DNA of 64,000 nt from a bacterium (GTDB lineage Bacteria > UBA8248): the NCBI GenBank assembly GCA_965199855.1, contig OZ241326.1, forward strand, positions 1,920,001 to 1,984,000, in the 5' to 3' direction. Below the pieces are notes generated by a model. It ran no database searches. It had not been told where the DNA came from and was given only the letters and a program-made list of their open reading frames with translations. The first letter of the stretch is position 1; each line of letters starts with the position of its first letter. This document shows positions 50,253 to 57,750 of the stretch, piece by piece. The translations under genes and the position numbers were made by a program.

Positions 50253-50531
50253 GGGCGGTTCACGAACCGCCCCTACGAAGGCGAAACCCCGAAACGGGCG
50301 GTTCCCGAATTGCGGGGCGGGCCCGAGGAGGGGCCGCCCCTACGAAATCATAAATCCCGCGTCCATCCCCGATCGGCGGGCCGCCCCTGCGAAAACATGA
50401 AACCCTCGCCGCAGGGGTCGTTCGGGAACGACCCGCAATCAACGCCGCCAAAAGGCGCGGGACGCATGAATGCGTCCCCTACGGGTGAATCACGCCCTCC
50501 GCCCCCGTAGGGACAACCCCCGTGGTTGTCC
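50253..50531. repeat. GTAG-type REP-like hairpin cluster between copies 1 and 2
   Basis: Five hairpins of different stem types tagged GTAGGG/GCAGGG. Confidence 0.85.
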
Positions 50532-50639
50532 TTCACCGGGTTATCATTCCGCCGGGGGCATCCTCTTTTTCGCTTTCGCGTCCGGCGCGGGGCGTGGTAT
50601 GCTTTCCTCGCGTGAAAGCTTTCGGAGAGGAGGCGGGCG

Positions 50640-50975
50640 ATGATCGGCTTCGACACGCTCCGGGCGATGGAGTCGCTCCGGGATTCGGGCTTCGAGGAGT
50701 CCCAGGCGCGGGCGGTCGTGGATACCTTCAAGGACGCCGTCGCCGGCAGCGTCGCCACGAAAGCCGACCTCCAGGAGGTCAAGGGCGAGCTCCAGGCCGA
50801 GATGCAGGAGGTGAGGACGGGTCTGGAGGCGTCCATAGCGAGTCTTCGGGGCGAGGTGGAGACCTCCATCGCGCGGCTCGAGGCGCGGGCGCAAAGGTTC
50901 ATGTTCGGCATGGCGCTGGGGATCGTGGGGCTGAACGTCACCCTCACCTTCGGCCTCCTCAAGTTCTTCTTCTAG
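50640..50975 (+). CDS. DUF1640/CCDC90-like coiled-coil protein, copy 2 (111 aa)
   Basis: Same head and TM as copy 1, shortest stalk. Confidence 0.88.
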   Translation: MIGFDTLRAMESLRDSGFEESQARAVVDTFKDAVAGSVATKADLQEVKGELQAEMQEVRTGLEASIASLRGEVETSIARLEARAQRFMFGMALGIVGLNVTLTFGLLKFFF

Positions 50976-50989
50976 CCTTCCCCCAAAAC

Positions 50990-51221
50990 GGGCGGTTCTC
51001 GAACCGCCCCTACGAAGGCGAAACCCCGAAACGGGCGGTTCCCGAATTGCGGGGCGGGCCCGAGGAGGGGCCGCCCCTGCGAAAACATGAAACCCTCGCC
51101 GCAGGGGTCGTTCGGGAACGACCCGCAATCAACGCCGCCAAAAGGCGCTGGACGCATGAATGCGTCCCCTACGGGTGAATCACGCCCTCCGCCCCCGCAG
51201 GGACAACCCCCGTGGCTGTCC
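50990..51221. repeat. GTAG-type REP-like hairpin cluster between copies 2 and 3
   Basis: Near-duplicate of 50253-50531 with an internal deletion. Confidence 0.85.
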
Positions 51222-51327
51222 GCGCCGCATCCGCATTCCGCGCGGGGCGTCCTCTTTTTCGCTTTCGCGTCCCGCGCGGGGCGTGGTATGCTTCTCTCGC
51301 GTGAAAGCTTCGGAGAGGAGGCGGGCG

Positions 51328-51717
51328 ATGATCGGCTTCGACACGCTCCGGGCGATGGAGTCGCTCCGGGATTCGGGCTTCGAGGAGTCCCAGGCGCGCG
51401 CGGTCGTGGATACCTTCAAGGACGCCGTCGCCGGCAACGTCGCCACGAAAGCCGACCTCCAGGAGGTCAAGGCCGAACTCCAGGCCGAGATCCAGGAGGT
51501 GAGGGCCGAGATACAGGGAGTCAAAACCGAGCTCCAGGCCGAGATTCAGGAGGTGAGGACGGGGCTGGAGGCGTCCATCGCGGGGCTTCGGGGCGAGGTG
51601 GAGACCTCCATCGCGCGGCTCGAGGCGCGGACGCAAAGGTTCATGTTCGGCATGGCGCTGGGGATCGTGGGGCTGAACGTCACCCTCACCTTCGGCCTCC
51701 TCAAGTTCTTCCTCTAG
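51328..51717 (+). CDS. DUF1640/CCDC90-like coiled-coil protein, copy 3 (129 aa)
   Basis: Near-identical head and TM; ATG 51328 with the same SD. Confidence 0.88.
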   Translation: MIGFDTLRAMESLRDSGFEESQARAVVDTFKDAVAGNVATKADLQEVKAELQAEIQEVRAEIQGVKTELQAEIQEVRTGLEASIAGLRGEVETSIARLEARTQRFMFGMALGIVGLNVTLTFGLLKFFL

Positions 51718-51729
51718 CCTCCCCAATAT

Positions 51730-52167
51730 GGGCGGTTCCCGAACCGCCCCTACGAAGGCGAAACCCCGAAACGGGCGGTTCCCGAATTGCGGGGCGAGCC
51801 CGAGGAGGGGCCGCCCCTACGAAATCACAAACCCCGGCGTTCACCGTCGTAGGGGGCATCCCCCGCCGTCATTCCGGCGAAGGCCGGAATCCAGGGTTTG
51901 ATTGTCTTCCCGTCAAAACGGGCGGCCCGTCGTCGTCATCCATAGACAACCCACCCCGTAGGGGCGGTTCGCGAACCGCCCGCGTCGCCATTGATGGAAA
52001 ACGGCGCGGGACGCATGAATGCGTCCCCTACAAAGGCGAGGGCGGCGACGGTTTCGTAGGGGGCGCGAACGTTCCGTAGGGACAGGTCGCGACCTGTCCC
52101 TGCGCGGCGGGGCGGAACCCGATCGGCGGGCGGTCATCGCAACGGGCGGCTCGCGAGCCGCCCCTAC
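51730..52167. repeat. Mosaic GTAG/CGTC REP-like hairpin cluster upstream of the autotransporter
   Basis: About 9 hairpins, including CGTCATTCCGGCGAAGGCCGGAATCC (51867) and GTAGGGACAGGTCGCGACCTGTCCC (52076). Confidence 0.88.
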
Positions 52168-52388
52168 GAAACCATGAAACCCGCATCCCCGCCGTGAATC
52201 CCCCCCGCGCGGAAACATGAATCCCTCTCCCGCGGCGGTTGACGCGCGGCGGCGGGTTTTGATATAGGGAGACCCATGGGTTTGGCGATTCGGCGTCCCC
52301 TCCCCATCGGGGGGGGGGGCTTCCCGCGTTACGCGGATATTTGAAGCGGAAACGACCGCTCCGACTTTCCTGACAAGGAGAAAAACTG

Positions 52389-55300
52389 ATGCGACAGGGC
52401 AAGAAACAGACGTTCGGCGCCGCGCGCGCCGCGCTTTCCGCCGTCCTTCTGGCGGCGCTCCTCCTCGCGCCGGGGACGGCGCGGGCGCGGGATGACTGCG
52501 GGGCGCTCAATGCGGGCAACTCGTTCACTGAGACCTGCCCGGACGCGGCGTATACCGGCATCGTCTATTGGGATCTGGCGAACGCCGTCACGCTCACCGT
52601 CACGGGCGGGGCGGCGACGACGATCACGGCCGGGGCGAACAACGGCCTGCACAACGGCATCACCATCAGAACGAACGACGATGCGACCTCGCCCCGGACG
52701 TCCCCGGTCCGCAACATCGGCCTCACGGTCGGAAGCGGGGGCGCCGTCGCCATCAGGCAGAGCGGCACGCGGGCGAGCAGTTGGTACAACAACCGCGGCA
52801 TCGTCGTCTTCCAGCGCGACGGGGACGGCGCCACGACGACGCTGGACGTCAGGAGCGGCGTGACCATCGGGACGGCGACCGCGAAGATGGAGAGCCGCGG
52901 CATCGAGGTCACGACCTACGAGAGCGACGCCGGCGACATTTCGGTCACCACGGCGGCGGCGATCCGCTCCGAGGACGACGGCGTCCACGTTGACAACCGC
53001 GGCTCCGGCGCCACCATGGTCATCAACAGCGGCGCCGTCACGTCGGACGCCAGGGGCATCTACGTCAGCGACTCGGGCTCCACCGGCGACATCGCGCTCA
53101 CCAACAGCGGCGCGATCACGGCGGGCGCCACGGGCATCGAAGCCGTCGGCTCGGGCGCGGCCGGCGACGTGTCGGTGACCAACAGCGGCGCCGTCACGTC
53201 GGACACCACGGGCATTATCGTCCGCGTCTCGGGCGCGGCCGGCGACATCATGGTCGAGAACAGCAGCGACATCACGTCGGACCGCCAGGGCGTATTCGTC
53301 GACCAGCTGACGAGCGCGGGCGCCGCCTCCGTCACGCATTCGGCGGGCGCCATCGCCGCCGAGACCGAGAGCGGCGTCCACGCGCAGAACGCGGCCGGCA
53401 ACGCGGCCAAGGTGGAGGTCATGGTGACGGGCGGCTCGGTGAAGTCGGACGGGCAGAGCAAGGCGGCCGTCTCGATTCTCCAGCGCGGGACGGGCGACGC
53501 CGTCGCCGGCGTCTCGGAGGGCGCGACGCTCACCTCGAAGCACAACGCCGGCATCTACGCGGACCTCTCGAACGCGAACAACGCGGCGGGGCAGATCAAG
53601 ATCACCCAGGGCGGGACGATTTCGGGCCGCCAGGGCGTCTACGCCCGCGTGGGGCGCGTCAGCGCGGCGGGCGAGACGCGCGCGGCGGCGAAGCAGCCCG
53701 CCATCGACATCGCCTGGACGGGCGCGTTCGCGCGCGGGGAGGGAACGGCGGAGAACGACGACGACCGCTTCCTCGCCTCGACCGCGGCGCGCGCGGTCGC
53801 CGTCGCCCAGGAGGTGGAGGCCGAGAAGGCCATGCGCTACGGCACGAGCTCTCTACGCTACGGCTCGCCGGCGGGGATAGAGGCGCAGGTCATGTCCTGG
53901 CGCGACATGATGACGGCCGTGGCGAAGGGGGACGATCCGGGCGCGATAGCGGACAACACGGCGCAGATGAACCTGCTGTCGACGTCCCACGCCGATTCGC
54001 GGAGGGCGGCGATTCTCGCGGCGTTCAAGGCGGCGCTCGGAAGCGCCGACATCGAGGTGGCGGCGGCGGTATTCGACGCCGTCAAGACGGGCGCGACGAG
54101 CCTGACCGGCGTGACGGACGCCGAGATCGTGACCTATCTGGAAACGGACGACGCCGCCACGAGAACCCTCCTCCGAAACGTCCTGGCGCAGGGCCTCTCG
54201 GACGCGGAGAAGGCGGTTCTGCGGGCGGTTGCGACGGACACCGGGCGACTGGCGGCCGCGCTCAACGACGAGGACGCGGACTTCTCCGCCGCCTACAAGA
54301 CCTCGGCGCTCGCGCTGCTGAACAGGTTCAACGCGGGCGACATCAAGGTCGCCGTGAACGGGGGCTCCATCGACTCGCGCGGGGACGGCGTTCGCGCCTA
54401 CTACGCGACGCCCCACAGGAACAACGGCATGATTGACATAACCGTCGCCGAGGGCGCGGAAGTCACGGGCGCCATGGCGGGCGTCTACGCGGCGAACGCC
54501 GGACGCGGCGCGGACGGCATTCTGAAGCAGAGCGTGACCGTGCACGGAACCGTGACGGGCGGGACGGACGCGGCCGTTCATCTCTCGGGCGGCGGCAGGC
54601 TGACCGTGGGCGAGAAGGGCCGGGTGCTCGCGGGCGCCTCGGGCGTGGCGGTTCTGGTGAACGAGCCGGGCCCGGCGGCGATCGTCATTCACGGAATGGT
54701 CCGCGGCGGGCGGAAACCGGACGACAGTTCCAATCACGCGGCGGTGCATCTGACCGGCGGCGGTTCGGTGACGGTGGGCCTCACCGGCTCGGTGGACGCG
54801 AACGGCGCGGACGCGGCGATTCTGAGCTCGGGCGCGGCGACGACCGTCAACATCCACATGTCGGGCCAGACGCGCGCGGCCACGCAAGCGGCCATCCAGC
54901 GCGTGACCGGCGCCATCAAGGGCTTGGGCGGCAGCCGCGTGACCTTCGTCGAGGAGGACGAGAACGGCGAGACGGGCTTTTCGCTCGGCGTGCCGGTGGA
55001 CGATGACGGCAACCCCGATCTCTCCTCGATTCAGATCAGAAGCGAAGAAGGAGAAGAGAGAGAGAGAGGCCAGGCCATGCTGGCGACCCTGACGCTCGAG
55101 GGCTGCGCCGCGGGCTCGGACAGGCGGTGCCGCCTCTACGAGGCGCTGCCCTCCGCGCTTCTCCTGATGAGCCGGATGCCCTCCTACGCCGAGCGCGTCT
55201 CCGCCCCGCGGGGGTCGAACGGCGTCTGGGGGCGCATCGAGGCGGCGAGCGGCGAATGGACGGCCGACAAGGCGGCGACCGGCAAGGAGGCGACCGGCAA

Positions 55301-56018
55301 GGAGCTCGCCTACGACCACAGCCGCGCCGGGGGCCGCGCCGGCTTCGACTTCATCGGCCCGAACGCGCGGGTCGGCCTCTCCGTCCACATGATGAAGGGC
55401 AAGGCGGACATGAGCGGCGCGGGCGAGATCGCCCTGAACGGCGCGGGCTTCGGGGCGTCGCTCACCTGGACGGGCGGGGACTTCTACGTGGACGTCCAGG
55501 CGCAGGCGACCTGGTTCGACGCCGAGATCGACGCGGACATGAGCGGCAAGCTGGAGAAGGACGCCAGCGGCTCGGGCGCGGGCCTGGGCGTGGAGATCGG
55601 AACCCGCATGGCGCTCATGGAGGGCGCGTTCATCACCCCGCGCGCGGGGCTGACCTGGACGCGGGCGGATCTCGGCGACTTCACGGACTCGCGCGGGGCG
55701 AACGCGGCGCGGGTCTCCGTCGAGGACGCGAGCAGCGCGAAGGGCCGCCTGGGCGTCATGGTGGACGCGCCGATGGCGGACGGCGGCGGCCTGTTCGCGA
55801 CGCTCGACCTCGAGCAGGAGTTCTCGAACGAGACGAGCGTGGAGGTGGCGAACCTGAAGTTCAAGACCGAGACCTCGGCGACCGCCCTCCGCCTGGGGCT
55901 GGGCGGCGCCTTCTCCCTCGGCGAGGGCGTGACGCTCCGCGCGTCGGGCCACTACGAGGCGAGCGGGAGCGGCACGAGCGAGATCGGCGGCGGCGCGAGC
56001 CTGAGCGTGAGCTTCTAG
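52389..56018 (+). CDS. Autotransporter (type Va) outer-membrane beta-barrel protein, 1209 aa
   Basis: Signal peptide ending ARA, Gly/Thr/Ser-rich beta-helix repeats (NSGAVTSD), GVWGRIE barrel start, ITPRAGLTW, terminal LSVSF; SD AAGGAG. Confidence 0.92.
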   Translation: MRQGKKQTFGAARAALSAVLLAALLLAPGTARARDDCGALNAGNSFTETCPDAAYTGIVYWDLANAVTLTVTGGAATTITAGANNGLHNGITIRTNDDATSPRTSPVRNIGLTVGSGGAVAIRQSGTRASSWYNNRGIVVFQRDGDGATTTLDVRSGVTIGTATAKMESRGIEVTTYESDAGDISVTTAAAIRSEDDGVHVDNRGSGATMVINSGAVTSDARGIYVSDSGSTGDIALTNSGAITAGATGIEAVGSGAAGDVSVTNSGAVTSDTTGIIVRVSGAAGDIMVENSSDITSDRQGVFVDQLTSAGAASVTHSAGAIAAETESGVHAQNAAGNAAKVEVMVTGGSVKSDGQSKAAVSILQRGTGDAVAGVSEGATLTSKHNAGIYADLSNANNAAGQIKITQGGTISGRQGVYARVGRVSAAGETRAAAKQPAIDIAWTGAFARGEGTAENDDDRFLASTAARAVAVAQEVEAEKAMRYGTSSLRYGSPAGIEAQVMSWRDMMTAVAKGDDPGAIADNTAQMNLLSTSHADSRRAAILAAFKAALGSADIEVAAAVFDAVKTGATSLTGVTDAEIVTYLETDDAATRTLLRNVLAQGLSDAEKAVLRAVATDTGRLAAALNDEDADFSAAYKTSALALLNRFNAGDIKVAVNGGSIDSRGDGVRAYYATPHRNNGMIDITVAEGAEVTGAMAGVYAANAGRGADGILKQSVTVHGTVTGGTDAAVHLSGGGRLTVGEKGRVLAGASGVAVLVNEPGPAAIVIHGMVRGGRKPDDSSNHAAVHLTGGGSVTVGLTGSVDANGADAAILSSGAATTVNIHMSGQTRAATQAAIQRVTGAIKGLGGSRVTFVEEDENGETGFSLGVPVDDDGNPDLSSIQIRSEEGEERERGQAMLATLTLEGCAAGSDRRCRLYEALPSALLLMSRMPSYAERVSAPRGSNGVWGRIEAASGEWTADKAATGKEATGKELAYDHSRAGGRAGFDFIGPNARVGLSVHMMKGKADMSGAGEIALNGAGFGASLTWTGGDFYVDVQAQATWFDAEIDADMSGKLEKDASGSGAGLGVEIGTRMALMEGAFITPRAGLTWTRADLGDFTDSRGANAARVSVEDASSAKGRLGVMVDAPMADGGGLFATLDLEQEFSNETSVEVANLKFKTETSATALRLGLGGAFSLGEGVTLRASGHYEASGSGTSEIGGGASLSVSF

Positions 56019-56048
56019 GGCGCGCGCGAACGCCTGACGGATTCACGA

Positions 56049-56095
56049 CCGGGCGCGGGGGAGGCGCAAACGCCCCCGCGCCCGGTTTTCGTTTT
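56049..56095 (+). terminator. Rho-independent terminator of the autotransporter
   Basis: CCGGGCGCGGGGG / CCCCCGCGCCCGG 13-bp stem followed by TTTTCGTTTT. Confidence 0.8.
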
Positions 56096-56117
56096 GCGGG
56101 ATGGATCCGTTGGATCC

Positions 56118-57706
56118 GTAGGGGCGGTTCGCGAACCGCCCGCGTCGCCATTGATGGAAAACGGCGCGGGACGCATATATGCGTCCCCTACAAAGGCGAG
56201 GGCGGCGACGGTTTCGTAGGGGGCGCATTCATGCGCCCCGTTGCGGGCCCGGCAATAACGCGGGGCGGATTGTAGGGACAACCCCCTGTGGTTGTCCTTC
56301 GCCGGGTTTCGCCGCCTCCGATGCGAATCCCTCCCCGAAACGGGCGGTTCACGAATTGTGGGGCGGGCCCGAGGAGGGGCCGCCCCTACGAAGGCGAATC
56401 GCGTTTGCCCTCCCCAACGGGCGGCCACAGGGGGCCGCCCCTACGGCCCCCATCACCCATAGGCAACCATCCCGTAGGGGTCGTTCGTGAACGACCCGCA
56501 ATCAACGCCGAACGGCGCGGGACGCATGAATGCGTCCCCTACGGGCCGGGATTCGGATTCTGCGTAGGGGGCGCATTCATGCGCCCCGTTTGTAGGTTGG
56601 CGGCGACGCCCGCATCTCCGTAGGGACAATCCCCGTGGTTGTCCTTCACCGGGTTTCGCCGCCGCCGACCAAACGGACAATCGCCGGGTTGTCGGCCCGC
56701 GCCGTCAAAACGGGCGGTTCGCGAACCGCCCCTACGGAAACATAAACCCCGCGTTCCGTGATTATCCTTCGCGCATTTCGCCCGTAGGGGGCGCATTCAT
56801 GCGCCCCGTTGCGGGCCCGGCAATAACGCGGGGCGGATTGTAGGGACAACCCCCTGTGGTTGTCCTTCGCCGAGTTTCGCCGCCGCCGATGCGAATCCCT
56901 CCCCGAAACGGGCGGTTCACGAACCGCCCCTACGAAGGCGAATCGCGCTCGCCCTCCCCAACGGGCGGCCACAGGGGGCCGCCCCTGCGAAACCATGAAC
57001 CCGCGCATGGATTGGCCGGGAACATCCGTTGGCCGCCGCGCGCCCCGGTTCTGGATTCCGGCCTTCGCCGGAATGACGGGTTTTGCGGCGGCGCGCGGCG
57101 GAGGGGAAACCCTCGCCGCCCTCGCCCGTAGGGGGCGCATTCTTGCGCCCCGCCGTAGGGACAACCCCCTGTGGTTGTCCGCCCCGCGTCCTCATTCCGC
57201 CGTCATTCCGGCGAAGGCCGGAATCCAGGGGTTTGATTGCCTTCCTGCAACCGGGCGGTTCGCGAGCCGCCCCTGCGAAGGCGAATCGCGCTCGCCTTCC
57301 GCAACGGACAACCACAGGGGGCCGCCCCTACGGCCCCCATCACCCATAGACAACCATCCCGTAGGGGTCGTTCGTGAACGACCCGCCGCCGCAATCAACG
57401 CCGAACGGCGCGGGACGCATGAATGCGTCCCCTACGGGCCGGGATTCGGATTCTGCGTAGGGGGCGCAAATTTGCGCCCCGTTTGTAGGTTGGCGGCGAC
57501 GCCCGCATCTCCGCAGGGACAATCCCCTGTGGCTGTCCTTCGCCGGGTACTCCTCCCGCCGGGGTACGAAATCCCGTAGGGGTCGTTCGGGAACGACCCG
57601 CCGCCGATGCGAATCCTTCCTGCAACCGGGCGGTTCGCGAGCCGCCCCTGCGAAGGCGAATCGCGCTCGCCTTCCGCAACGGACAACCACAGGGGGTTGT
57701 TCCTAC
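56118..57706. repeat. 1.6-kb mosaic array of about 28 REP-like hairpins (BIME/REPIN-like)
   Basis: At least 5 GTAG stem types plus 2 CGTC copies in both orientations; internal duplications 56215-56355~56783-56923, 56430-56650~57317-57545, 57240-57321~57615-57696. Confidence 0.92.
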
Positions 57707-57750
57707 GAAATCATAAACCCCGCGCGCCCCGCCGATCGGCGGCGCGGGCG

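Noticed and set aside
49676-51820. Integron cassette array or diversity-generating retroelement
   Set aside because: No integrase or reverse transcriptase; hairpins lack attC R-box structure; each gene has its own promoter; differences are repeat-number changes, not adenine-specific substitutions
55266-55307. 15-bp tandem duplication in the barrel domain (KAATGKEATGKEL)
   Set aside because: Small in-frame loop duplication with no evidence of function
56118-57706. CRISPR array
   Set aside because: Repeats vary in type and orientation, linkers are reused rather than unique spacers, spacing is irregular and no cas genes are in the window
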